Positions 1 to 13,493 of a DNA stretch of 64,000 bases are shown one piece after another; positions within the stretch are counted from its first letter, which is position 1; each line of letters begins with the position of its first letter. Location of the stretch: assembly GCF_000150275.1 (NCBI RefSeq), contig NW_002060946.1, positions 7,670,829 through 7,734,828 on the forward strand. The letters run 5' to 3'. The DNA comes from Trichoplax adhaerens. Lineage: Eukaryota; Animalia; Placozoa. The position numbers and the translations under genes were made by a program. The notes below the pieces were generated by a model. It did not search any database. It saw only the letters and a list, made by a program, of their open reading frames with translations, and was not told the origin of the DNA.

Positions 1-1181
1 AGCTAAATAGGCGTACCGTTGAAGCAGTCATGATGCAATTACGCAATTAGAAGCAATAAATTTACACAAATATAAGTGCAAAAATTTTCTTCAAATATTC
101 TAGTTTTAGACTATACACTCACTTGATAAGTTGCTTAAATTAATTCTAGATAAATAATGCCATATTAGTAAAATTTCGAACGGCTTTATAGCCATATAAT
201 TTTTATTTAAATCATTGATTTTCTTGCTAAATTAAATAAGTGCGCTTAATAAACAGTAACTGCTTATAAATTTTAAATTGCTTTATATTCTATAGATGGA
301 ATAGTAATTCATTCTCAGTGATTTTGTTACTTCTTTATAGATTTAATTACTTTAAAGCCTGTGGTTTAAGCGAATTTACAATCATAGCAGTATTTATAAA
401 ATCACTTATACGTTTAATAGATATGTCATTTAAGATCAATATTAATATTTACAGATTGAATTATTAACATTGGTTAAGAAGTCATAATCAAATAAGGGTC
501 GCAATCACAAATTCAAACTACCCAAATTTTCTACATTTGCGGGTAAATGATGAGAATAAAATGTTAAAAACCTATCTAAGTTTTCAATTTTAATCGTGCA
601 ATATGTTAATATATAAAGAAGTCTCGCTGACTAAAATTTTACTGCAACGCTTTGCCTCAACAATCTAAGGTTAAAAAATACTTAAAAGTAAACAGAAAAT
701 ATCGATTTTTTTAACTAATAATTGCGAAACTTCTATATCTCTATTTATATGTAGTATAAAATTGAAACTGACGATTATTAGAGATTCTTTTGAAATAGAA
801 ATCGAAATATACTTTGTTCTGACAACATGACCATACTTGTGCTTGTATAATAAAACAGTCTCACAAATAATTGTCTAAATCAAATAAGATTTTCTATAAG
901 ACTATTATTACAAGGTTTTAGGAATAGTAGAAAAATAATTAATTACTCAAGAATCTAGTTTAAAATCTAAAATATTCCGAGCTCAAAGTGAAGTGAAGTT
1001 TCTAATGTCAGCTCAACTCCGTAGTTCTCGAATACATTTTGTTAAATCCATTTATGACAACATTATTAACCACAATCAGACTTGAATCATCAAACAGGAT
1101 ACTTTTCCCGAATAGAAAATCGTAATCTTCCTCAATCCGCATCATTTAACTTAAGATATCACTACTTTTCTTTTCAGGTCC

Positions 1182-1554
1182 NNNNNNNNNNNNNNNNNNN
1201 NNNNNNNNNNNNNNNNNNNNNNNNNNNNNNNNNNNNNNNNNNNNNNNNNNNNNNNNNNNNNNNNNNNNNNNNNNNNNNNNNNNNNNNNNNNNNNNNNNNN
1301 NNNNNNNNNNNNNNNNNNNNNNNNNNNNNNNNNNNNNNNNNNNNNNNNNNNNNNNNNNNNNNNNNNNNNNNNNNNNNNNNNNNNNNNNNNNNNNNNNNNN
1401 NNNNNNNNNNNNNNNNNNNNNNNNNNNNNNNNNNNNNNNNNNNNNNNNNNNNNNNNNNNNNNNNNNNNNNNNNNNNNNNNNNNNNNNNNNNNNNNNNNNN
1501 NNNNNNNNNNNNNNNNNNNNNNNNNNNNNNNNNNNNNNNNNNNNNNNNNNNNNN
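1182..1554. other. Assembly gap (373 N)
   Basis: Run of N. Confidence 0.99.
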
Positions 1555-3061
1555 TATATGTTAATTAGATGTTTGCTTATTAATACTGTAAATTAATTTT
1601 CTGAGAATTATTACAAAATGTAGATAAAATGTGGGGAATTTATTATGGATATAAGCTGCGATGTTGTATGTTCCTGGAATTGTCCACCAATCATAAATAT
1701 TGTACGACTATTTATGCGAATCTTACTACTATCGCTATTTCATTAGGTTGTAAAATTTCATTATGTTTGATGATAAGTAAATGGAACTAAAAAAAAAAAA
1801 TATTTAATACGTTTGTACAGTGCTTTATTCGTTTGTACTGGTATGAATTCATTTCTTTCATTTAGATTTAATCCATATAATAACTGTATAGAAATTAAAC
1901 AATTTGCGAAAAACTGACGTTATAGTATCTGATTGAATTACATAATTAGGCATCGAATAAGATTTTGTAAATATTAAGCAAAGAAATTATCCCAATAATT
2001 TAAAACCTAAATTTCAGGGCCTTCTTATTGATAATATTGTAAGCTCTAGTAAATGTTAAATTTTATATTTGGAAAATGATAATAGCTTTTATTTCTGCTT
2101 TCAATAGTATCATTATCAGTTTACTGATTAGATTTACTGTCCATCGTATTTTAAAATATAGATTAGAAGGCGGTTGTAGTAGAATACTCCAGATTGCGTC
2201 TGCGTAGCTTAAAATTAAGGAATACGGTGATTTTTATCCGAATGATAAATAAACGTGCAAAGATTATGTACTGGGACGATGAATTAATTTCAAATCCGGA
2301 AATTATATCAAAAGTTATTATAGAGTATACGCGTATTTAGTGCCAAACTAATGGTCTTTACAGCTTACTCAGCATTATTTTTATTGAAATTTGTATTCAT
2401 ATTACTGTAAATAACTCGTAAAGTTAGAGATCATTCAGTGAAAGATTAAATATTGGCAATTCGTACGTTTTGTATAAAAATGAAGTCTGTCATACAGGAA
2501 AACATTTATTGTTCTTTATGTAAAGGTCACGGCCTTCGTAATTGGACGTAACTTTACCTCTATTATATGTTGAATACTTGATGTTCTCTTAGTCTGCTTT
2601 GAAGGGCTTTCTCGATAAAAAAACTAATCAAATTTCTGTCTGCTTTTTCTTACCTAGTTTTGAACAATTATTACAGTATAAATGAGAACAATATTTAATT
2701 TTTCGTTTAAGTCAGAAATTTAAATCATGGTTTGATTCAAAATAATGATTTCAAAATTTCTTCAATAATATTAAAATTAAATGAAATTTTTACCGCAAGC
2801 TAATCATTTCTTTAAATGAAGTTTGTGTCTCGTTGCAACATAAATCATCGCATTAATAGTTTTCAACCCGAAACTGATTTAAAAATTGGGGAAACGACCA
2901 ATCAACAATTTATTAAGAAAAGCATGAGAGAGTCAGATTAAATAACTTATAAAATACATCAAGCTTCACTTCTAACATAATTCCTAATCATTAATACATT
3001 ATAAAAGTCTAAAAAGTAACCTTTAAAACATTGTAAGACAGTGTAATATTGTATTCTAAGT

Positions 3062-3454
3062 TGATGATATATCTAGTAATGTCTACCGTAGGTGTTGTGT
3101 TCAACATGTGATAGATATACTCGTTAGTAGCTTAAGTATTAAATATAGCTAGCTTAGTAGCTGTAATCCTTTTGAAGAGGAGCGCTACATTGCTCACACT
3201 AGAGCTTCACGTGAAAGGTGTAAACTAGCCTGTATTTGAGATGCTAATACCGAAGTGTGTAGTAAGTAAGGTGCTAAGACTGTAAACGCGAAAAGGTATA
3301 TAAGCGAGTAGTTTAGTATAGTAAGTTAGTTCTTTCTCGTTAGAGGTCCTCAGCTAATCGATTACGTTGTATCTTCGTAAAGGAGGTTTTGTTCAATAAA
3401 TCTTAATTTTCCAAAGTTTTGAAGATTCTTGATCTATCAACCTCACAAACATCA
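3062..3454 (+). mobile_element. Possible LTR-like element
   Basis: Inverted termini TGATG...CATCA, internal TATATAA (~3297) and AATAAA (~3395). No clean TSD (taagt vs aaatt). Confidence 0.4.
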
Positions 3455-4432
3455 AAATTTTTAGCCTTAAAAATAACACTCTAACTACTTAACAATCAAC
3501 ACAACCTCTACCATTTGCCATCTTACTTTCTATTTTCTCAACTAAACTTTCCTAATGTAACTTTCATGTCACGTCAAAAAATTCCAAAGTTTCAAATTCA
3601 CAACAAAAAGTTTGAATTCCAAAAATCAACTCTTGCAACTTTTTCTAAAATTAAAATCCAAAAATTTTACATGACTACTATGATTACTTTTCTTACATTA
3701 GTATTGACAATTGATGTTTTAGCTTGAAGATGTACGGTAACTGTACGATTTTAACCTACACTACAGCACTATACTGTCATGCTACAAATCTCCTATCTCT
3801 ATGGATGGGGTTTTCTTACTGAGTCAAATTCATTTACAATCCTAATAGACCATCAAACGCCCTTTGTTTAGATTAGGCAATTGGTCTTAGGTAATTCCTA
3901 TAGTAATCTGTACTATACTTTGTAAAATAGTCTAGAAGAAAATATGGTGACGTCATGATTTGGCAGGGTAAAACTTAAAGATACCATCGCTTTCTAGGTA
4001 TTTTCTATAGTTAATTAGCGTAACGAATTTCATGTTTTACTTATTACTTGATAAGAATATTAAGCATTCAATATGGAAACTGCTGATCGTGTGTAAATAT
4101 CAAGATTACTAATACACCACATATTGGATTTGATATTCAAATTCCATAATTGAATATTAATATCTATAAATTGCGTTAGTGTTAATAATTTGAAAACTTC
4201 ATGGCTTGTTGAATCGAACGAAAGAGTTAATGTAAAACGTAATATCGGTACAAAATTTTTAACCATTGTAGCTGCATCTAAGGGTTTATCATTGGCAAGT
4301 TTTTAAGTGACGATTATACGAAAGAATCTTACTTATTGAAGTAATATCTTAAAGTCTAATAAATACTTTCTCAGTTTCATAAGTCGAAATAGGATTACAG
4401 ATAACCGCTTCTCTCATAGATAATTATACCCT

Positions 4433-4874
4433 TGTCACAAACCAGCTTCGTGACAAGGATAACGTAAAACTAATCTCTAAATTACTATAGTCTTCCGGAA
4501 TTCAGTATCCCTTAACTACCTCACAAGAATTTAGACGCCTTTGATTCTACGTTAAAATAACTATACAATTGAGAACTGCTTTATTCAACTATCTGACGGG
4601 CTTATATACCCTTCTACAGCAGCTAACATTCACAAGTCATCTTATAAAAATACTTAGGTGAGAACATCTACTAACTAGTTCTTCACAGTCGGACTACAAT
4701 ATGTCCATTCACGGAATCATTTTAGTGCACATTACAGCACAGCATTAAATTTACTGTAACACATTCATAATTAGAGTAATTCATATTGTAGGTAACTAGT
4801 TGTAATATATTATCACTATAACATATTAACCAAATTTAGATAGCTATTTCTTCACGGTAGTTCGTACCGTGACA
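4433..4874 (-). mobile_element. Solo LTR-like element, distantly related to family A
   Basis: Perfect 6-bp inverted termini TGTCAC...GTGACA and perfect 5-bp TSD ACCCT (4428-4432 / 4875-4879). Shares TTAGACGCCT..TACGTTAAA and the close TATATAA/AATAAA pair (minus strand) with family A. Confidence 0.85.
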
Positions 4875-5789
4875 ACCCTGTATAAAGTTTTCTTTCCCAG
4901 GAAAGGTTTTAATTCAATTGCTATTGTAATTATAACAGATACAATAAATGATTTCTATTCCCTGATTTGTAATTTCTGCCGTAATTGTACATCGTCAGTA
5001 ATTGAACCAGGGATAGAAATTTTTATTTAAAGTGTACAAAATACGATATTATTTGACGTTGCCATGATGATATTTCAGTATATAAAGAGGTTAGCTAAAT
5101 ATCTAGTACTTGTTATCAAGTAAAATTGCTTAGGGCTGTTCCATTCGCCATATAAATGTTTTAATAGAGGCATCTTCATAATGAACAATGCAGTATTCAT
5201 ACTTGCGCAAGAAATACCTCATTTAGTCCATAAAGCTATTTTTTTTCTGTTCACTATCTGATCGCGTATAATATATTTTAATTAATAAATATAAAGCTTT
5301 CCATATATACTAAACTTACCAATTAACAGTTCTGTGAGTTTTACCGTGCTATACAGGTACCGTATAAGGCGTTTTAAAGTATACTAATATAAAACAATAT
5401 TTTTGAATTAATGAATTGTATAGGTTAGCTTAAGATGAAACATTCATATGCAAATTAAAGAATTTTCGATATAAGGGTTAATTGTATGATAAAATTTCTA
5501 CGATAATCGATAAAAGGCTACTTTGATTATCATATTGAGGGCCGAATTCACCTTATTAATAATATATTGAGAGAGCTCCTTTATTTACAACTTTGGTGCT
5601 CTACAATAGGCTACAATTTGAGGCTCATAAGAATCCTAATGAAATTGTTATATAAGTTGCAGGAAATTATTAGTGTTTAAAAGAACTCAAATCTTCCCGT
5701 AATTGTTGCTTATTTCTAAGAGTATCGAATTATTTGATATATAATACTACGTTTGTCATAATCCAGTTTTCTGGCGGTCTACGTATATA

Positions 5790-6125
5790 GGTTACAGCCA
5801 AAACCCGAAGTTGGCCAATATTTACAATATAAAACATTATTGACCATTAACCGCGTGGTTTATTAATTTATTTTGAAATCTTGACCAATAAACAGTATAA
5901 TTTTTGTTTGAATAGTGAACAAAGATAGCCAATTAAATTCTGTAGGATAACCTATAAAAGTAACGCGAGCTGTTGTTAGGGTACAATTTATGCAACTTTG
6001 CTAAGGATCGTTCTAGTTTGCAACAAAGCGAGACAAGTTTCAATCCATTTATATTTGCTGATTAATCTTTCTTCCATTTTGTATTTTGTACTAACATTTA
6101 ATCATTTAGTTAGTTATTATTTGCA
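5790..6125 (+). mobile_element. Putative left end/leader of the Ginger2/KRBA2-like element
   Basis: Three related 10-mers TTGGCCAATA (5811), TTGACCATTA (5840), TTGACCAATA (5881) and TATAAAA (~5953) upstream of the integrase-like ORF. The terminus is not defined. Confidence 0.35.
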
Positions 6126-6530
6126 ATGGCATCGAATAATGATATGAAAAGGAAATTCGATGGAGAGCTCTTAAAGCAGTCGAATACGAAAGGTAGCAAC
6201 TCCAAAATTTTCACTCTCGATAAGTATAAAGCTCTAATCGAAGAAGTGAAAGCAGCTAAGCCGACAAATAAGAAGACTTCAACGGAATATCGTCGCTTGG
6301 CTCGCTTTGATGTCATCCAAGTTGGAGAGTTAGAAAAATTGATAGAGCCTGTCAAGAAGGACCAAAATATCTGGTACTTCTTGTATACAGATGAAACATT
6401 TGACATCATACATGAAATACACTTGAGGGTTGGTCACGGTGGAAGAAACCGCATGGTAAAAGAATTGAACGTCAAATATAAAAATTTTACGAAAGAAATA
6501 ATTATGCTGTACATCTGTTTTCTAAAATAA
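6126..6530 (+). pseudogene. Truncated KRBA2/SCAND3-like (Ginger2/TDD-type) integrase, N-terminal part only
   Basis: ...YRRLARFDVIQVG..EKLI..FDIIHEIHLRVGHGGRNRMVKELNVKYKNFTKEIIMLY resembles the N-terminus and the His pair of the H2C2 zinc-binding region of KRBA2-like integrases. The reading frame runs into a family C repeat at 6516 before CxxC and the DDE core. Confidence 0.8.
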
Positions 6531-7462
6531 GGGCTTTGTTGAATCTTATACAAAGATTAACTACACGTGGCTCTACTCTAGCCGAATACTACTACTATAG
6601 ATTTCTATAACGAACTAACAGAATAATCTAAAGTTGCATTAACAATAGAGGTTGTTAATTAATTATCTTATATGAAGTCCTTAATGGCAATATTCATAAT
6701 AATTCCTATAACTTTAAAAGGATAGTTCTATTTTATGTGCATGTTACGATGCGTAAGCTCGTCCTAATGAAGATTCCTTTTTAGTTCGTTAGTCGGTTAG
6801 ATAGTCAACTAGTTTTTCAATTGATATTTAGTTGTAAAGACTATAATCTTGGGTGCCAAGATTCCTTCAGTAATAAATGATAGTAAATCTCTGACTATCT
6901 CGTCTACATCATCTGTGACGCTATAATTATACCATAATATTCGGTCGTTGGAACTGAATTATTTGGTGATATAGCTAATCTCGCGTCTTTAAGTTAGTAA
7001 GTGGCGTTCTCCGCAAGGATTGGCGTGTGTAGACTACTTTGTCACTAGTGGTGTGTGACATGCATGCTTTTATACTTTTCGTAGCATTCGCAGTTACAAT
7101 CCGTAACGCAACCTTTTAACTTATATTACAAATAGTTAAATTATTCTTAGTAACACTATTCTACTGCGAACCATCATTAATCCAATATGGATACGACAAC
7201 AGTACTTACGTAGACATTATTCACACCAGCCAAAGTACAATGAATTAACCATATCCTAATATCTGATTTACAGTTCTATTTTACCTATAGCCTTATTAGT
7301 AACTCAGCACCTCACTGTATATAGTCATCTGTACTCTAGCATAGAGTCTATACCACTACAGTCTATAGTTATAGCTACCAAATATCTCTTAGGATAAATA
7401 TCTACCGTACATTATACTATACATGGCTAACAGTCTACATTCACAATACTAGTTACATTACA
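6516..7462. mobile_element. Family C LTR-like repeat, copy 1 (contains a nested insertion)
   Basis: TGTTTT...ATTACA ends. Reverse-complement homology to 21485-22002 and direct homology to 39070-39453. Flanks (acatc / atagg) do not match. Confidence 0.75.
6640..7060. mobile_element. 421-bp insertion nested in family C copy 1
   Basis: Absent from the 21485 copy, which has a single TGCAT at this point. Here it is flanked by TGCAT twice (6635-6639 / 7061-7065) and ends in TGTGACA. Confidence 0.7.
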
Positions 7463-8851
7463 ATAGGCTATTAAGATCTGGCGAAAATATACTACAATAA
7501 ATTCTATTATATAATAGCAAGAGCTACGCTTTTCTTTTCATTTTTTTATGAAGCAGCTCCAGGAACTACTCTTCTTAATCAAAGTCTTAAAATCAATAGC
7601 CCATACGGTATTATAATCTGTAGAACAGTTTTATTCAGTGAACTTATGTTGAGAAGGAAATTTGCATGGCTGCCGTACCATAATTTCCATACGATAACTT
7701 ATCTGGGAATGTGTTGATATTAATTTATTCATGACGTTACGCATACTTTAATAGATAATTGCATAATTTGACGATGTTATCTACGTATTGATAATCAATA
7801 TTTAGGTAGATTGGCTATAAATAAACTGGTTTTTTAATTAAATTTGGTTTCAGTTTTGTATTAGAGAGACTAGTGATGTATATGTTGCTCCTACCGATGA
7901 GAGATCCTCAGTATTTGGAGTTATACAGTTAGTAAATGCCGGTTAACAAACCTGACTTTAGCCTCGTAGCTTTAGTTTTTCGTAGTAGTTTAGCTTTTTC
8001 TTGCTACAAATTTCTATTTCTAACAACCCCCAAACCGCTATTTGATTAATATCATCAGGTTTATAGTCAATAAATGCACTTGCGAATGAATGATGTCTTA
8101 ACTGAGAAATACCAAGTCACTTATTTGATTAAGTGATGAATTATAACCACGATACGATCATCATATTTTCTTACATTATAGCGCTCAAATACTGCAAACA
8201 TCAATGTTTCTATAAATACGAATTGCAAATAAGATAGTACTTTTACAGGCTATCTACGCTCTTCCGATATCATTTATTCTCTTCATAGCTATTTCGGCAT
8301 GCAAGATTGATTGGTAATTTTATTAGCTTGATCAGCTAGTCATTTTACAAAGTACTTAATCGCATTTCTATAGCTACCATATACGTGCTACAGTAATTCT
8401 TTCTTGAGATGTTATCAGACATTGCGGATCATTTATTACAGTTGATCAAAAGCATTTAGTGAAATGATTACTAAAAAAGTTATTTATCTGTAAAACGATT
8501 TCTTTGTTGACAATATTACTTCAAATTGCTAGCCATATCTAGTGATATATACTGTCCTTACGTGCTTTTTCTAAACCTTTAATGACCTTGGAAATGAAAT
8601 CGAATTAGTAAAGCTCTATTTTTCGTTCATATCTATGCGGCTATAATTATTACTGCAGGATTGAGCTGCAAAGAGAATTATTCCTGAAGGTAGTTATGAT
8701 TCTACATGTTTTATATATTTTCCAAATAATCTGTTTATACTTGCAACGACGTTTTATTACTGTACTAGTTAATGATTTCTCTGACTTAGACTTCAATTTT
8801 GCTTAGAAGTAATGATCGTTTATAATTTCCTTTGAAGTTATTGTACTATAT

Positions 8852-9268
8852 TGTAGTGCAGCCCAAATATAGCTTAAGATTATATACAGTATGTGTGAAT
8901 ATCGTGCATGACGTAATTACTAGGCTAATTAAGATAGATACCCTTGTATAGGTGCTAGATCGTAGAGTGAGATTAAATATGTGAGGATTTGTATTAGTAA
9001 TTGCAATACGGATTGTAAAAGTTATTAGTCATACTGTTTGGCACCTCCAGGTACGCTAGAGGTGTGATGTTAGCCTTATTAAGGTAGATAATGATTTATG
9101 TGTCACGAAGATACTCTGTACATAATTGTATATAAGCAGGAGATTTTATCTCCGAAGACAGAGTAGCCATAGATAATCTAGTCCTTGGTAGAAGACGTAA
9201 TTATTGTAATAAAGTGATTTTCCTTCAAGTTGTGGAAGTCGTTGCGTTTCGATAGACACTTTATTACA
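8852..9268 (+). mobile_element. Family B solo LTR-like element
   Basis: TGTAGT...ATTACA termini, 5-bp TSD TATAT (8847-8851 / 9269-9273), TATATAA (~9129) and AATAAA (~9208). Both ends are homologous to 46897-47397. Confidence 0.8.
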
Positions 9269-12200
9269 TATATTAATGCAATGAGAGTACAATATTTTGT
9301 GAAATGTTGAAATTGATGAATTAAAGTCTTATTGTTATGCTTTAGCTATTATAGTAAAAGCTTTTGTAATGAGATAAAAATACTTCTATAAAGCGAATGC
9401 CAAAATTAAATATTCAATTGCGCTACCATCAATAATATTTATATTTTTAGATTATTTAACGCGATATTATTATTGCGCATTGATAATAACTGGTAACCTT
9501 GAAGGACTATTAATATCTTTTAAGAAAGCTATCGATTTTAAAATTAGGGTAATTTTTATAACTATTACTATATTAAAGAGTTCGAAAAGTTATGTTGGTG
9601 CTAGGATGAATAAAATTGTTCTAACAATACAGGAATGAAACTCTAAGGAGGGCAAATGGGTAACGGTGATTGTTGCCTTACATGTATTCACCAAAAGTCA
9701 GCAGGCACTCGACTGAATAGTTTTCTTCACTTAGCATACAGTAATATATACTTTACGAACTTTTACTTGACTTAAATGCTTAAGACTTATGTAGTTTAAC
9801 TTTTAATAATTGAATTCGTACGGTCTTGATTTATAAGTTTAAAGATGCAAGTTTTATTAGATCTTACGTGATAAATTGTGAGTCATAACCTTAATATAGG
9901 GACTGCACTGTTTAGAATCATATGTTCGAAATATGAACAATATTAAACAAAGCAATGATCATTATAAAAAGTGGACATTTAAAGCGGAATCCATTTTATA
10001 ATTTGCAAGTTACTTGCTGACATTAAATAAGTAATAGGAGAAAAAGAAAAATCTAATAGCTGCTGTTTTATGATAATTGTCTTAGTCTATCGGGTTTCAA
10101 TTTATTAAAATTATTTTCAATTCAATTAAAGTTACTGTCAACGAATTAAGTAAATAAAATCTTATATGTAACGAATTAAATCATTTAAATGCTAATATGG
10201 CGATGAACTAAAAGTTTATAACAGAATTAAAACCTAGGCTAAGCCGTTACCATTTTTAGCAAAACTCGTATGTTTTGGGTAATAATTAGCCGAATTTTGA
10301 GGTATTAGTACTGCTTGTAATTTCACGTTGCAGTGTATTTGTGGAATGATAAAATAAGCTGCTGGTTTTTGGTCAATCGCCATACTATAAATTACAAGGA
10401 TTTGTGTATTTTATATATAATGAACAACTAATGTCGAAACTAATTCAATAAAGGAGTTACTACATGATGAATACGTATACTGTATTAGAAATATATTCTG
10501 GATAGGCATTATATAAATCCAAAAAATATTCCAGATAATTCATGATATACTCGATACGAATACAAGTAAAAATTTCTTAAAGCTATCATTTTAGATTTTC
10601 TATCTTAAATTAATTTAGGAAATAAAATATCTTGTATACAGCTCATTAAATTTCAAAAACTTCTTAAAAACCCTTCAACGTATGTTGTAGTCTCAGCTAA
10701 TTATAGTAGTTATTGAAGTACGCTAGCATTAAGAAGCAGAATAGTCTACTAATTAGGTAATTTCATGATTGCTGATGATGATACGGTGTACTTATACTAT
10801 TCGTGCTATGTGTTTATAAGGCCGCAGTAGTCGACTATATAAGGTGATGTTTTTATGTAATGTCTTAATATAGCTGTTAGATAATATGGAATTATTATCG
10901 TGGAGACGAACCTGATTATTCGGTTTATCATAACCATTTTCGACTGTTATTATGAGGTACGAAAAGGGGAGTCTTCTCTTGTCGAGCGTTCTATCTGTAA
11001 ACGGATACTTTTAAGATTAAACACGGCGTTTGCCTGATCTTGTATTAGGTTAGAGATTTGCTTCCTTTTAGTAATTCAGATTTTGAGATAGACAATTGCA
11101 AACTTGAGGGGTTATAAAACCCAGCACTTCAGCCTGAAATTTTCTACGTAACTATATTCTACTCTTAAATATAGACATGTTGTATTGCTCTTATATTTAG
11201 ACAGATCTACAGTCCGCTTATTCTACGTTCATATATGGACTACTGTATTTAGTTATTACGGTACTCGCTGTTTTCTACAATCATCTGCTATTTGGAACCT
11301 GTTACGGTATATGTTGTATCTAATTCCACAATCCTATTCTCTGCATATGCTCTATCTTTAAAACTATAAATACCGGCAATTTCTACCTAAGAGTTCGTTA
11401 GCCTCCCAGTTAGTCTTCTAGTTAGTCTCTCACAGTCTGATACTACTACTCGTTACTCACGACAGCTTGCACGCTGATCTACCGTAACTACCTCACTGTA
11501 CTTCACATTACTAACCTACTATAAAGCATAACTTTTATAAACCCTTTGGTGTAATAATTGTAAATGGCGACTAAATCTCAATCCTCTGAGATATTGAACC
11601 CTCCATCACAGTTATAATTTTAAAAACAACTAAAAAATTGTCAATTTTAAAGGGGTAGAATCGATAAGTCCATCCAAAAGATGACAACAGAGTAAAAGTT
11701 AGATAATTATAATGAACAATGAGAATCTGCAATTACCTGCAGACTATAAGGATGGACAGCACTAAATTATACTCAAATGATTTAATTTGCAAAACTGAAA
11801 ATAAATAAATTTAGTAGAATTCGTAGTTCAGAGATGAATAGAAGACTTTTAAAAATAGGTAAGAATTGATATAGAGTTATATACTTCAATCATTATTTGA
11901 GCAAATAATTACAAGAATTATACTGCAAGTCGTTATCAAGAGATACCTTACAGTAAAAATTACTAGTTTCCGTCAAATTTAATCCTTTTGTACTCGGTAG
12001 TTGAGAACACACGGTAATTCTCATAGAATTTAATCACGATATTTAGAGATAGCTAGCATGTGGGCATTATCAGTAATGAATACTCGTATGTATGTATGAT
12101 TTAATAGTAAATTTATACAATTTTTGTTAACGAAGGTAGCGTAAAAATTAAATAATTCTTTTCTAGAATTTTTCCTTACTAGCAATTATATAGACTTATT

Positions 12201-12862
12201 TCTAAGGCTTACGATTATACTTTACATTTTATTCGTTGATAGAACTACGTGCGTAATTTACCTTTACTTTACCCAAAGCCATATAGGCTGATTACATATT
12301 ACCATATATGATAAAGGGAATTTTAATACTACTTGGGACTTTTAAGTTGACGTCAGCATTTATAATAAAGCATTCATGGTACCTACCTTTACCTTATTTT
12401 TTATGATATGTCATTTTTATAGAAGGTGATAAAAATCTAAACCTATTCAAAAGATTTTATTACAGTAAGTAACTATTTAATATTGCAATCTTAAGGAATA
12501 GAATAAATTATTATGGCGCATATTACGTATTATTACTTTAGTATTAAACAGTGAACATAAAGATCACTATACAGTAAATAATTAGAAGTTGAACTAGCCT
12601 ATAGTTTTTTAACGATTTATCAATTGATTATAGTAATATCAATCACAACTGAAGTATTGTTCAATTCTTTAATTTTTGTTATGCAATAAACGAAAACGTT
12701 TTATAGGATTTATATAATTGCACTAATTCGTAACTTAGGATAATTATAGATAGATACGGTTACTGCTGATTTATAAGACGAAATATTTTTTAGCGATATG
12801 TAGACTTTATTACGAGTAATAGGCTATCAGGCAAACTAAATCAGCAAGCTAATGTTGGTTGT

Positions 12863-13493
12863 TGTGATAATGTTATATACTGTATCAGAGTAGAAATATC
12901 TATGTTAGGATAATTCTGTTAGCCTATCCTTATTTAGTTAACTTCTAATTTGGCATATGTACTATGATTATCATATAGCACTGACTTTTTATGATAGTGA
13001 CACATATTCACTTACTGAAATTAATAGTTACAATAGGGAATGCAAATCACCTACTTACAGTTCGAATCATTATGATTTTAACTTACTTATGGTAGATTGT
13101 AAATTATTGTGGAAATGTTCCGTGATAGGTATATCGTAATCTGACTATTCTGTATCAATCATCAGATGTCTATGTTCATAAATACTGTTGTCTGCGTTAG
13201 GGAGCAGTAACTAAAATTAATATTTAACTCAGTGAATGATTCCAAAGTTAATCGTACTAACTATAATTCATGAACTAGTGAGAAAGAGTATATAAATACA
13301 GTATATCGTGTAATAAAGTCGATTCTCAAGCTTAGTGTTTAACGTAAAATACGAGGCGTCTAAGTCTTTGTGTAGTCTGCTAGTAGAGCAAAAGTGTTTT
13401 TGATAGTGCAGATATCATTCCTTGATACGTGGTTTAAGGAATTGACTTATTGATCGTACATTACGTTATCTAGTTGCAAAGCTGTTTTTGACA
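12863..13493 (+). mobile_element. Family A solo LTR-like element, copy A1
   Basis: TGTGA...TGACA termini, TSD GTTGT (12858-12862 / 13494-13498), TATATAAA 13289, AATAAA 13312. Full-length homology to three other copies. Confidence 0.9.

Noticed and set aside
1082-1564. 160-aa ORF
   Set aside because: Artefact of reading through the N gap.
3515-3727. Possible degenerate gag downstream of the 3062 LTR-like element
   Set aside because: No convincing primer-binding site or gag motif.
11107-11545. 13-bp imperfect inverted repeat (aggggttataaaa / ttttataaaccct) suggesting a MITE
   Set aside because: Short, AT-rich, no TSD and no second copy in the window.
12957-13139. Similar short ORFs at 12957-13139 (+) and 23976-24167 (-) that look like a small protein family
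   Set aside because: Both lie inside family A LTR copies, so the similarity is just repeat homology.
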